64,000 bases of DNA, taken from Gekko japonicus (lineage: Eukaryota). Position numbers and translations under genes: made by a program. The notes below the pieces were generated by a model. The model saw nothing but the letters and a program-made list of their open reading frames with translations. It ran no database searches and was not told where the DNA came from. Shown here one piece after another: positions 37,700 to 49,773 of this stretch (its first letter is position 1; each line of letters starts with the position of its first letter). Location of the stretch: positions 2,085-66,084 of the forward strand of contig NW_015173676.1 of assembly GCF_001447785.1 (NCBI RefSeq), in the 5' to 3' direction.

Positions 37700-39469
37700 T
37701 AGCATAAATGAGGTTTATTTTGCCCCTTCTCTTACCAGAGAGCAAAGGGGGCAGATACAAGCCATTCTGTCCAGGTACCAAAAGATTTTCTCCAACTTGC
37801 TGGGTAAAACAAACTTAGCATACCATAAGACTAATACTGGGGATTTGAGGCCTGTGGCACTTCCACCATATAGAGTGACTGGCCCGAATGTCACATATGT
37901 ACAGAGGGAGGTCAAGAAAATGTTAAGCTTAGGACTTATTGTACCCTCTGTAAGTCCTTGGGCCTCACCTGTAGTACTGGTACTGAAGCCTGATAAAACC
38001 ATGACGTTTTGTGTTGATTGTAGGAGATGAAACAAAGTTACTGTACCTGATGTGTACCCCATGCCACGTATAGATGAGTTGGTGGAAACAATTGGGGCTG
38101 CCAATTATATTTCAACTCTAGATCTAACCAAAGGGTATTGGCAGGTGGCAATGGACCCCAAAGATCAGCAAAAGACTGTGTTTGTAACCAAAGAGGGACT
38201 CTTTGAATTTATGGTACTTGCTTTTGGTTTAAGGAACGCACCTGCCACGTTCCAAAGGTTGATAGATAAAATGCTAGTGGGAAAGAAAGAGTTTGCTCTG
38301 GCATATATTGACAACATTGCTATTTACAGTAACACCTGGAATGAACATTTACAACACCTAGCAATTGTCTTTCAAAGAATCAAAGATGCTGGTCTCACCA
38401 TGAAAGCATCCAAGTGTCAACTAGCCATGCAGGAGGTAAAGTATTTGGGACATGTGCTAGGCGGAGGTAAGTGTTGGCATATGAATAGGAATGCCAGCCA
38501 GATGACAGCTGGTCAGGTTCTCAGATTAAAGTGATCCAGTTTGACAGATATATGGTCACTTGATATATCACATGATGGGTGCATTGCATCAGCTTTGTAT
38601 GGAGTCACTCTGACTCAACAATTGTATTGTGATTGGCTGACTGCTGTATATATCCTGCTGTGCATTGACCAACCTACATGGTTACTGATGCCTGGCGTAG
38701 CACTCTGTTGGACTAACAGCCTGTTTGGAAGTGACTACATGGACTGTGTAAATATTTGTACAATAAAACTGTAAATAGCATTATACCAGCACAGTGTCTT
38801 CTGCTTTGTGGTGACGTTCAAACACCGTCAGTAAGATCAAAGCAGATTGGGGAAAGGTTCAAGTTATCCAAGAGTGGCCCAGACTCCAAACAAAAACAAA
38901 TAAGGGCATTTTTAGGAGTTGTGGGATATTGCAGGAGATTTATTCCTGAGTTTAGCACAATTGCTGCACCCTTATGTGAGTGCACCAAGAAGAAATACCC
39001 CGATTTAGTGATGTGGAATGAAGCATGCCAAAAGGCATTTGAACATCTAAAAGCTGTGCTGACAACAGAACCAGTGTTATGCACTCCTGACTTTACTAAA
39101 GAGTTCACCCTATTTACAGATGCATCTAATGTCAGAATAGGTGCAATGTTAAGTCAGAGAAGAGGAGGGACAACATCATCCCATCCTGTATTTAAGTAGA
39201 AAACTTTTAGAAAGAGAACAACACCTCTCAGTGATCGAGAGAGAGTGTTTAACAATTGTATGGTCCATAGATAAGCTGAAACTGTACCTATGGGGGAGAA
39301 AGTTTACTTTGTGTACAGACCACTCCCCACTGAAATGGTTAAGCCAAGTAAAGAGCACAAACAGCAAACCGATTAGATAGAGTTTACAGCTCCAGGATTA
39401 CAATTTAACATCCAGAACATACCAGGGAAGCAAAATGTGATTGCTGATGCATTATCTAGAACAATGTAA
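37700..39469 (+). pseudogene. pol remnant: reverse transcriptase and RNase H (stops, frameshifts, YIDD mutated to YIDN)
   Basis: SVSPWASPVVLVLKPD..FCVD, YPMPRIDEL..STLDLTKGYWQV..FGLRNAPATFQR..YIDNIAIYS..KYLGH, RAFLGVVGY.RRFIP, FTDAS, TDHSPLKWL, NVIADALSRTM*. Confidence 0.92.
38472..38830 (+). mobile_element. solo LTR (359 bp) inserted in the Gypsy pol
   Basis: TG...CA termini; 5-bp TSD gtaag (38467-38471, 38831-38835); TATA-like tatatat near 38646 and aataaa at 38762; removal restores GGGK|IKADWGKV. Confidence 0.92.
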
Positions 39470-39752
39470 AAGTGGAAAAAATGGTTTTGTAAAATGGTAA
39501 TGCACATATGAACAAAAGGAAACTGAGTAAAGCATGATTTTGAAACATGTGTATTTTGATATTGCTAAATTTATTTGTTAATGTTTGTTCACATGAAGAA
39601 ATCTGAAGGAAATATGTGTTTAATTCATGAAATGATGATATGATATGATGTTATAATGGTACGAAACAAAGTAAGTGTACCTCACATGTAACCACTGCTC
39701 AGAAAAAGGCTGAAACCTTTCGCCTTGCACAGTTATTCAGGAGGGAGGGACA

Positions 39753-40569
39753 TGTGATGGAATTAAAGGATACTGGACAGCAGCAGGTAAATAAAGATGC
39801 TGCTGAGTCACATGACTGAGAAGGGAGGGGGCCTTTTGGCTCGGAATTCTCAATGAGTGACAAATAACTGTGGATAACTGACAGTTGGGAGCTGACAGTT
39901 GGGAGAAAGAGTTGGAAGAGAAGTTAGCAGAGAGCGGTCAGCTAACTGGATAGCTCTGAGGTGGAACAAAACCTGTGTGGCTTTGTGAAAACAGCTTGAT
40001 ATCAGTTTAAGTAGAAAACTGTGGCTGAATAAAACTCTGCACTGGTACCCTCTAAAGGAAAGAGAAGAGTGAACAGAGTGTGAACAGTATAAGACCTCAG
40101 TGGTCACAAACACCAGATACATTGCTCCAAAGGAACTTGTAGAGGTGGCTAAAGAAAGGGCTAAGGGTCTGGAGGAGTCTGGAAAGCTGGAAAGGTGCCC
40201 AGTTAGACTGAAAGGGTCCAGACAGATAAAGTCGAAAGGGCAGCCACAAAACAGTTACTGGAGAGTGGGATCATAAGTGTGTTTAGTGAACTGAAGAACA
40301 TCTGTGTAAAACTGAGAGAGAAGCCTACAGACTATGTGGAGGCAAAGTAAAAAGTTATATTCTACAAGGAAACAAAATATCCTATGTAAATATATCCCAT
40401 CCTCCTGTTGGGCTTTCAGAGAACTAAAGAAGCTTACTGTTTGACTTTTACAAATACTGGTGCCTGACGTACTGGTGAAAGAATTATACTGGGCAGTTGT
40501 CCTCCATACATCCATAAGTAATATACCAAAACCTCCAAAGAGACTAACGTTTATAGTGACCTGGTCAGA
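39753..40569 (+). repeat. 3' LTR of the Gypsy element
   Basis: Follows the polypurine tract and begins TGTGA; the right end is inferred at ggtcaga. Confidence 0.75.
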
Positions 40570-40579
40570 TACAGTATAC

Positions 40580-40900
40580 TGAGAACCCCATGACAGTTTG
40601 ATGGGCAGGACACCCTAACCCCACCAGACCAGTGACATGAAAGGCAGACATCTGATAGGATGAGGACTCCCCTGAGTAACCCTATGACAGCTTAGCGGGA
40701 AGGGAACCCTAGCCCCACCAGATGACTGGAAATCAGAGCTTTCCACTTAATGTGATTAGTGATGCCAGCCACAATGGAAAGGCAGACATCTGACAGGACA
40801 GCGGATCCCTGAAGTAACCCCATGATAGTTTGGAGGACAGGGCTACTCAGCCCCACCAGACCAGTGGAAATCAGATTTTTCCATTTAAAGTGATAATCAG
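40580..40900. repeat. degenerate tandem repeat (about 3 units of 100-140 bp) of the hAT body; a further unit lies at 37585-37631
   Basis: Recurrent catgacagttt..ccct(a)gccccaccagaccagtggaaatcag and aaaggcagacatctga. Confidence 0.75.
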
Positions 40901-41109
40901 GTAGGTGTCGTGTTATGAGGTAGATATTGTTTCATGAGGTAGGTGTTGGGTGAGGGAGCCCATCCCCACCTGGCAGAGGTGGCCATCCTCCTCAAGTGCC
41001 AAGGGCACAACCCACAAGCCAGATCACCCAGAGAGGAGGAGGAATGGGGGAACACACAGGAGGACAACAGAAGGCTTGGACAACAGGAGACCCTCTGAGG
41101 TCCCAAGAG

Positions 41110-41320
41110 GGGTAGCCCACCAGGGGGAGGTTCATTCTGCCAAGTCCTGGCAGAAGTGGTGGGGGCTGATAATGTCTCCCAAATGGGAGAAAACCCGCTC
41201 ACTCTCCGAACACTAGTGGCAGGGCAGGAGACTCATGGACATACAAGAGAAGTCAGGCCAGATGGCAGAGGCGGGCTCAGGGGACGCAGCAAGGTACTCC
41301 ATCACCATCATCTCTGCCAA
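41110..41320 (-). pseudogene. hAT transposase C-terminal dimerisation domain remnant
   Basis: EYLAASPEPASAIWPDFSCMSMSLLPCH*CSESERVFSHLGDIISPH...MNLPLVGYP matches the hAT WP.L...S..SERxFS motif. Confidence 0.8.
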
Positions 41321-41754
41321 ATTCTTTGTCATAGCTCCCCCCAAAAGGAAAACAAAAACAACAAACTGGACATACACAGTAAGGAATGGCAATAAGAACA
41401 AAACTGTGTACAAAATAATTAATCAAAAATCTTCAGAAAGGTAGCATGTATTTTATACTCTCAGAATATCTAATCCAAAATCGCAGCACAAATATCCATA
41501 CAAAATAATCCTGAATGAATAAACAGCTGTAACATCAATCTCCAGTGTTCACCCAGGAAACACTTAAGGAACAAGAGAAAAATTATTCCTGTCAAAGATT
41601 TCCGTAGTTCCCTCTCATGCAACAGCTAGCTGTGGATTATCGTGTTCCTCCCACAAGCTTCTTCAAAAAGTGGAACCTTATGATCACTTGCTTCCAGATC
41701 CAGGCTTAAACAATATTCAGAAATCGGCATACAGCTCACAAATTCAAATCAATT

Positions 41755-43110
41755 CAGCAGGTGCTTGGGGATGACAGAGGAGGACAAGTCAATCAATCTA
41801 ATTTATTGCGGCAGGAACTAGTAAAACAGTACAATTCTGATATAAAAGGGATTAAAACAGTAATAACATGGGAATAATATAAAAACATTAACAGGAAAGA
41901 GTTAATAACATTAGTAAAGTAAAATAGTGTTAATAAGAGAATCATACATTTTTTTCAGCTAAAATAAGTTTGCGTTTCCTAATAGCTAAGCAACAAAATT
42001 TTGCCACAGCGTAAGTCACTGAGCTCTGAATGTCTTCTAAGAGGAATTTATGAAGGACTTCTGGCCTAAAGTCAAGATAAGACTGGAAAGGGCTAAATCG
42101 AGACAGAAGGGGTAGTATAAGATGGTCTCGTTCCTCCTGATAGAATCTGCAGAACAGGAGGACATGAGTAATTGATTCCACCATATTAGCCACGCATGGG
42201 CATATACGTTCATGCATTGGGACTCAAGTGAATTTACCTTGCATTACAGCGGAAGGAAGTGCCTCAAAACGGGCTCTGAAAAAGGCCCATTTATAGGGTT
42301 CATAGGTTATGTTAACTAAATAAGGGGCAACAGTAAAATTTGGCCAAGATTTTATGTTTCTGTAGTTCTCGGTAGCAAAGCTTCTTCATTTTGTGATTCA
42401 ATATCATGAAGCCTCTGCAGGACAGCTGTTCTTGCCTTGTATAGGCTTCCATAGAAGAGATCTTCTTGGAGTAGGCCAATCTGATTTAATTTATTAAGAA
42501 TTTGTGTGGACCAGGCAGGGTAAGGATCCGAGGCTAAAAAGTAAGGTATTAAACCCTTTGGGTTGTAATGAATTTTTAGCCAGAGCATTATAGCCTGCTC
42601 CCAGACCTTTAGCCCAGCCTCTTGCCTGTGTTACATTAGAGGTACTTCTAGGAACGCCAAATAGAGAGCTAAGAAATTTAGACTGAACCTTTTGAAGGGT
42701 CTTTAGATTGGCAGAAAGTCCGATTTGTGAGCCATACAGGAGTTGAGCCAATGATTTTGCCTGGAACGTTTTTAAGGCCATGGGGAGAAAGGTTGCACCT
42801 TTCCTTCTAAATAATCTAAGAATGGCATTTGCATTTCTCTCTGCCAGGTTAGCTGATGAGGACAGATGTGCTGAGAATTTAGAATTATAAGAAAAGTTAA
42901 TGCCTAAGTATTTAAAGTTCTTAACTTGATCTATGGCATTTCCTTTAATATTCCAGTTGAACTTCCTGAATGAGTTACCAAAATGGACAATTTTAATTTT
43001 AGGAGGACAAGTGTGGATGTGGACATGACACATCTGGCACCCTGCCACACTGGGGTCACTGGCAAGAAACAATGCCCCAGGACTGAAGAAGGAGGGTCAA
43101 CTTCTTTCTG
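41755..43110 (-). pseudogene. BED zinc finger of the hAT transposase, split by the LINE (43110-43013 and 41789-41755)
   Basis: After removing the LINE and one TSD, and allowing frameshifts: RKK..SSVWGH..LASDPSVAGCQMCHVHI..HLSSSVIPKHL. Confidence 0.7.
41790..43000 (-). mobile_element. RTE-X-like LINE, 5'-truncated
   Basis: IDQVKNFKYLGINF..AQLLYGSQI..VQSKFL..GVPR; C-terminal ERICPC..ESITHVLLFC; (ATTG)n-like tail; perfect 12-bp TSD aggaggacaagt (41778-41789, 43001-43012). Confidence 0.88.
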
Positions 43111-43881
43111 GTACTGGACTGGGAGGGGCCACAGAGGGGTGTATTGAAGGCAGGAGCAGCAACAGGCAGTTGTGTGGAAGGGGAGGCTGCATCCCCCCCC
43201 CCCAAATCACTGCTGTCAGAGAATTCTCCAAAGAGTGTTAGCATCTACTGGTCTTTGGGCAGTGCTAACAACTCTTTGTCCTCTGTAGAGAGCACCAGGA
43301 ACAGATCAGGGAAAGGAGGCTCCAAGACCTCCAGTGATTCCCTCCTAGGGGCAGGCTCCTGTGGGCTGGAAGGGTGGGTTTGGTGCCCAGTGACAGAGGC
43401 CTGTGGTACACAATGGGTGGGGGATGTCCTCCTCCCATGACAAGCACCCTTTGCACCCACTATCACCTTCATGGCATAGAGTGGATGGTTCACAATCAGG
43501 AGGGTTGGAAGGGTATAAAATGTGGGTCCTCAGCCAAGGAACTCAGTAGCTAAACCCCTCTGCTCAGTGAGTCTACCTAAGACCCCCAAACCACAGCAGG
43601 GGAGAGAAACCACACACACACAGAAAGAGGGCCGGAACAGCCTGACTATTAGCACACAACTCTTTCAGGAGGAAGGGAGGGGGCAAGTGGAGCAAGCTCT
43701 CTCATGCACAGATTCTCTTCTGGTTCTCAGGCAAAGACAATGGGAAGTATAGCTCCTACACTTAAATCCACAATTCCCCCTGTGGGGTTCCCCCTATGCA
43801 TTGGACCTATAAAAATATTCTTTCAGTATTTAGCCATCTTTCTTTTATCTGAATCCTATACATAGCATTCAATGGGACTTA

Positions 43882-44215
43882 AAGGTAAAGGTTCCCTTGC
43901 TCAAAAGCCAGTTGAATCCGACTCTAGGGTTGCGGTGCTCATCTCCGTTTCAAAGCCGAAGAGCCAGAGCTGTCCAAAGACGTTTCCGTGGTCATGTGGC
44001 CGGCATGACTAAACACCAAGGCACACAAAACGCTGTTACCTTCCCACCGAAGTGGTACCTATTTATCTACTTGCAATTTCTTGCTTTCAAACTGCTAGGT
44101 TGGCAGGAGCTGGAACTAGAGACGGGAGCTCACTCCGTCTTGCGGCACCTGGGTCTCGAACTGCTGAACTACTGACCTTCCACAGCCTGCAGTTCAGTGT
44201 CTTAACCACTTGAGC
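43882..44215 (-). mobile_element. Sauria SINE
   Basis: (ACCTTT)n tail (aaggtaaaggt on plus); body ..gtcatgtggccggcatgactaaa..gtacctatttatctacttgc..; 12-bp TSD caatgggactta. Confidence 0.93.
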
Positions 44216-44924
44216 CAATGGGACTTACTTTCTGTTAAATTACAGTTTGTCTCAATAGAACTTTTTCTTGTATTTAGAATAGAAATAAAAATGTTTGCCG
44301 ACAAAGGATGGTGATTTACTAGCAATATTTTTGGTTTGGTTTTTAAATAGATATGCCCAAGGATTGTTTTGTGTTATGTTTTCTAGTTCAAGAGCATCAC
44401 TTTTTTGTCTAGCAGAAATACTTGATTTGCTGTCAGCCAAAGATAATCTTTGAGTTGTTGTATTATGATAGGATGAAAATAAACCAGTGACAGGTAGATG
44501 CTTGGAAATAAGAGTTTGGAGGCTGTAGCTTTGATAAAAAAGGTAAAAAAGTGTCAATAAAAATTCAGAGAACTCTCAGATGAATTGCCACACCTGCTAT
44601 ATGAAGGAGGATTAAACCTTCATGTCTCTTCAGTGCAATGACCTAGATAAAGTTATTTGGGATGCAGATGTAATCTGCATTATACTGAGAAACTTAATGT
44701 CTGAAGAAAAAAAGATCCTTGTATTAAATGGCGTAATGTTCAGAAAAAAATTTTCTTCCTTCAAAGAGCCATTTAAGGAGTTAAGTTCTTTACTGCTAAC
44801 TTCCCTTTCCCATTCTCTTTGCCTCATCACCTTTCTTGCAATTCCCTCTTTAGCATCAGTCCAATAGTCTTCCTAACCTCACAGTTCAGCTAATTTTCAT
44901 ATCCAGTTATATTCCTACCCTTAG

Positions 44925-45070
44925 TCATAGTTCTGTCAGAGCTGTTCTTGAAAGAGCAGTTTCTGTCGGAGCTCTCTCAGCCCCACCTACCTCACAGGGT
45001 GTCTGTTGTGGGGAAGGGAAGGGAAAGGAGACTCCAAGTGGTGGGGTATAAATCCAATCTCTTCTCTTCC
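44925..45070 (+). mobile_element. tRNA-SINE 3' half
   Basis: Matches 29315-29495. Confidence 0.8.
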
Positions 45071-45827
45071 TCTTAGCTTTGTTCTCAAACCCCTCAACCA
45101 CTCATTTGCATTCTCTGTCCTTGGACCTTTCTGTACTCTCCTTTTAATCCATGTTCTCCACAGTGTCCTCCAAGCAATTCTGCACTGAAATCAAATCCAA
45201 TCTTCTTTTTATTCCAGGGTTTTCCCCATGCTGCATTACATTACCTCCCTTCAGTTTAGACACCTGCCATGACATTTTATAGGAGAAAAATAATGGGGGT
45301 TTTAATGGGATTCAGCTAAAGTGTTATATTTTGTGAAGAAGTGATGTTGAGACCAAAAGAGAAAAAGAAAAGAAAATTTGCAGTCTAGCACAGCAAATGC
45401 CCCCGTTTTTGTTGCAAACCAGTAACAGAGCCATGTCAAGAGGCTATCTGAGCGTCACATATTTTTGAAAGGAACATATGAGACTGTGGCTATACATTAA
45501 TTTTGACACAAAGGCAGGTAAAACCTCACAGCTTTTACTGATTCTGTTTAAAGACACTTGATCTGAGGAAAACTGATGCCTGAAATGGAACTCAGCTAGA
45601 TTTTGAATCAGACCTGTTGAATACTGTTCAGCAAGTTTTAGATGCATTTGAATGAGCCATGATAACAACCAAGCCAAGAATTCGTTAGAATCCACGTTGA
45701 CATTTGTTTTGATATTTCCAATATTTCTTCCTGCTTCTAAGCAAAAAGGTCATGTGGTTGTCAAGGCAATTCCAATATCAGAGGAGGAATTAAAACCTCA
45801 CTATACCTCATAGCCACATAGACTTTT

Positions 45828-47890
45828 TGGGGAGGGGGCTTGTCTTTTCAAAAACACTACTGTAAAGTAGGGTTGCCAGGCCCCACTGGGGGTGTGGCAT
45901 TCCCCACCCCTCAGCAGGTGCTTGTTGAAAGTGCTCAGCTCACCAGCAAGGGGGGGGGGGAATAATGCCAAAAGGGGGGGGGATGTCAGCAGCATCCTGA
46001 CAGCATATATGTAGAGAACTAACTGCTTGGCATGGAGGTTAGAATGAAACAAGTGGGAACTCACAAGAAACTTGTGGGAGTGGCTATCCTGTTCCCCCAA
46101 CTCTGCTTCTTCTCCTCTCCCCCTACTTCTCTCACACTCTTTCTCCTTCCTGCTACCACTTTTCTTTCTCTCTCTCTCCTTTCCATGCCTGTCACTTCCT
46201 TTCTGCCCCCACCCCATCTCTCTTTCTGTCCCTGTCCCTCTTCCAGCCTCCCATAGCAGCAGCGGTGGCAGCAGCTCTCCAGGAATCACAATGGATTGCC
46301 AACAGATTGCCCAAATACAGAGGTCAGTTCCTCTTAGGCTTACCAACTCCATGTTGGAAAATTCCTGGAGATTTGGGGGTGGAACCTTGGGAGAATGAGG
46401 TTTGAGTTTGAAAGTGACCTCAGCAGGGTATAATACCATAAACTCCATCCTTCAAGGCAGCCATTTTCTCAAGGGAAACTGATCTCTGTCATCTGGAGAT
46501 CAGTTGTAATTCCAGGAGATTTCCAGCCCTCACCTGGAGGTTGACAACATTAGTTCCCCTGGAGGAAATGACTGCTTTGGAGGATGGAGCCTACAGCATT
46601 ATATCTTTCTGAAATCCCTCCCCACCTCAATGGTGGCCTCCCCAACATCCCCAAGCTCCACACTTCAAATAGCCAAGAATTTCCCCACCTGGAGTTGGTA
46701 TCCCTATCTCCTTCCCAGCCAACAGCCAACCGACCTTTATCTGCCTTTCTGTCTTCAGCTTTCCATCTCCTTTCCCCTTGCAGCTTCTACTGTGGGAAAC
46801 TATGGTCTTTCCCCACAGTGGGTACTAAGGCAGGTTACATTATTCTCTCCCCCTTTTTATCCACACAATAAACCTATTAGGTAGGTTAGGCTGAAAGTAT
46901 GTGACTGGGCCAAAATCACCCTGTAACCTTCCACAGCAAGATGGGGATCTAAACCTGGGTTTCACAAACCCTACTCTGAAGCTCTGGCCATTATACTACA
47001 TTGGCTTTCATAGGGTAGCTGCTGTAGCAAGCAGCCAGGCCTAGTTGAATCATGCAAGTCAGGTGGTATCAAGTCACTCAGAGGGTGCTGCCAGGCCTAG
47101 GTTTGCCAGCCTCCATGTGGGACCTGGAGATCCCCCAGAATTACAACTGAACTCCAGATAACAGAGATCTGTCCCTCTGGAGAAAATGAATGGGCTCTGT
47201 GGCATTATATCCAGCTGAGGCCTCTCCCCTCCCCAAACTCTACACTCCTCAGACTTCACCACAGAATCTCCAGGAATTTCCCAACCTAGAGTGGGCAATC
47301 CTAGTCCCAGGCCTGGCTCCAAACTCCCTGCAATTTAGCCATTCATACTGCAGGAGGAATCCTCCCCAATTGCAGATCCAGTCCTGGTTTTGCTTCTTCT
47401 CCTTTCTCTCTCTCTCCCTATGTGGCTATCAGCCAGTCTATGTCTCACTTTCCATGCAATGGGGCCTGGAGTGGTGGCCCTGTGGTGGCCAATTCAAAAA
47501 GTATGGGGGGGGATTCAACTCTTTGGATTTTTCTGCAGTCCTACAGAGTCCCCTAAGTCTGTAGAAAAACCTGTTGGGGGAGAGTGTGCCCTCTATCTGT
47601 GGAAATAAGTATCCACATGCAGAGGGGACTGTTGAGGATTAGATATATAGATTTAGATCCAGGGATTTAAATAAGATTTTCTGCTTGGGGCTGAGAAATT
47701 CCTGGAGTTTTGGGGGCAGACCCTGGGGAAGGCAGGGTCTGAGAAGGGGAGGAAACTCAGTGAAGTATAGATGCCATAAACTCCAGTCTTCAAATGAACC
47801 ATGTTCTCAAGGTGAGCTGACCTGTGTAGTCTGGAGATCACTTGTAATTCTGCAAGGTTGCAAGGCCCCACCTGGAGGCTGTGAACCCTA
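45828..47890. mobile_element. cluster of TAGGGTTGCC-family hAT MITEs (about 45828-46705, 47098-47303, 47659-47890) and a minus-strand SINE (46850-47005)
   Basis: Repeated tagggttgcc / ggcaacccta-like termini and shared body (actgatctct..tctggagatcagttgtaattcc..ggag). Confidence 0.7.
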
Positions 47891-47936
47891 GATTTGTATG
47901 GCAACAATTCCTGATCAGATATGTTGAATGGAAGTA

Positions 47937-48289
47937 AAAAAGTAAAGGTAAAGGTTTCCCTTGCTCGAAAGCTAGTCAAATCTGATTCTAGGGGGGTGGT
48001 GCTCATCTCTATTTCCAAGCCGAAGAGACAGTGCTGTCTGGAGATGTTTCCATGGTCATGTGGCCGGCATGACTAAATGCCGAGGTGCGCAGAACACTGT
48101 TACCTTCTCACTGAACCAGTACCTATTTATCTACTTGCAGTTTCTTGCTTTTGAACTGCTAGGTTGGCAGGAGCTGGGGCCAGAGACAGGAGCTCACTCC
48201 GTCACACAGCACTAGGGTCTCAAACTGCTGAGCTACAGACCTTTCAGTCTGCAGCTCAGTGTCTTAACCTCTAAGCCACCTCAGCCCTA
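47937..48289 (-). mobile_element. Sauria SINE
   Basis: Homologous to 43882-44215; 11-bp TSD gaatggaagta (47926-47936, 48290-48300). Confidence 0.93.
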
Positions 48290-49065
48290 GAATGGAAGTA
48301 GTTGTATCTCAATTGACATCCTGCCCCTGGATAAATAGAAAACATAATTGTATAATACAAAGCTCTGGACTTTGCTCATAGGCAAGACATTAATTTTGTT
48401 CACAGCAGAGGATATTTATACAATCTTCACTTCCCCAATGTGTGAGATGTTCCAGAGTTTGACTCTCTGGGTTTCAGCAGGCATTACCTGGGTTTTGTTC
48501 CCTTTGGATGAAAAAGCACTAGAGACGTATGCTGTCTTTGTAGTGTTTACAAAATGAAAGTAGAGCACAGATGGAGGAAAAGAAGCATTCTTGCAAACCA
48601 GCAGATATCCAGCACCTCAAGCTGCTTCCATTTTAGCCAACTCCAGCTCTCTGCCTCTTTCTCTTGCAAATTTCCAAGAAATGATTTTTATTATTTATTT
48701 TAATTATTTACAAAATTTGCATCCCACCTTTCTGCCCTTACAAGTGCCACCAAGGCAGCTAACAATTTAAATTATACATGATAAAACCATATTTTAAAGC
48801 TATTAAAATAAATGCCCCTGTAATGGACAGTGAATGGTTAACGCTTTAACCTGGTCTGAGAACCTTGAGTGACAGGGGATTCAAATGGAATTCTACAATT
48901 GAGAGTGGCAGTTAACAGTGACAGGTGAGAGTGGCCATTAGAATTGTTGAGTTCACCCTCCCATTACCCTCCCATTACTAGGAGCTGTTTCAGTCAGTTA
49001 AGCACAGTGAGAGGATCAAGTAGGATCCTGAATAGGGAAGTGGGAGAAGTAATCCTTCCCAAAGG

Positions 49066-49773
49066 GAAATAGCTCCTAGTAAAGTGGGAAGGGGGTTATC
49101 ATTGCTCACCTCCACATTTTGGGACAACATTCAGATGAATACATTCCCCATCATTTAGCAAACAACCTGCTACCTATTAAGCCATTAACTGACAATTCTG
49201 AAATAGCTCCTAGTAAAGTAAGGAGGTGTTGATCCCTGCTCGCCTCCACATTTTGGGACAAGCATTTAGATGCACACATTCCCCATCATTTAGCAAACAA
49301 CCTACTACCTATTGTCAAACTCGATGTCTTGTTTGCCATGCTGTTTGGGGAAATTCCAGAGGAGGGTGTGTGTGAATGTGTGTGAGTGAGAATGGCTTTA
49401 TTGTAGGGCAATGCATCTCATATAACATTTCTGAAGATACCTCCCTTTCCCAGGGATGATGGCCAGATGACCTTGGTCTGTGTCTGTGCTTACCACCTTA
49501 GCTTAGATAATGAAAGTGTGATCTACAGGTGGGAGGTTGGAAGCGTACTTGTTAGGCGGGAATGAATAGGCAGTGTGATTGGAGGGGACTACATTTGAGC
49601 CATGCATAATTGGGGGGGGGGGTTTCACACCAGAACCTCAGTTGTGACTCAACAACATTCTTAGCTTGGAACATCTTTATTCTTCAATAAACAAATCACC
49701 TCCACTGAGTGATGTTGATAGTAACTTTGTCCAAGAGTCTGACACCTATTAAGCCATTAACTGACAATTCTGA
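49066..49773. repeat. tandem duplication of ~134 bp; the second copy is interrupted by a solo LTR
   Basis: gaaatagctcctagtaaagt...acctattaagccattaactgacaattctgaaa occurs at 49066-49203 and again at 49200-49312 plus 49750-49774. Confidence 0.9.
49313..49744 (+). mobile_element. solo LTR (432 bp)
   Basis: TGTCA...TGACA termini; 5-bp TSD cctat (49308-49312, 49745-49749); aataaa at about 49686. Confidence 0.9.

Larger units (their letters stand above)
37636..40569 (+). mobile_element. Gypsy (Gmr1-like) LTR retrotransposon, internally deleted
   Basis: 48-bp remnant of the 5' LTR (37636-37683, similar to 39762-39809); RT and RNase H; PPT aggagggaggga at 39739-39750; 3' LTR TGTGA..TCAGA. Confidence 0.9.
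36587..43790 (-). mobile_element. large decayed hAT/ZBED-type DNA transposon with nested Gypsy, LTR and LINE insertions; right end not resolved
   Basis: Left TIR taggaatgggc and subterminal sequence shared with the TSD-flanked MITE at 57460; internal repeats on both sides of the Gypsy insertion; transposase remnants at 41110-41320 and 41755-43110. Confidence 0.65.

Noticed and set aside
40580-40900. CRISPR-like repeat/spacer pattern
   Set aside because: Eukaryotic context; the units are degenerate, the intervening sequences are also repeated, and there are no cas genes.
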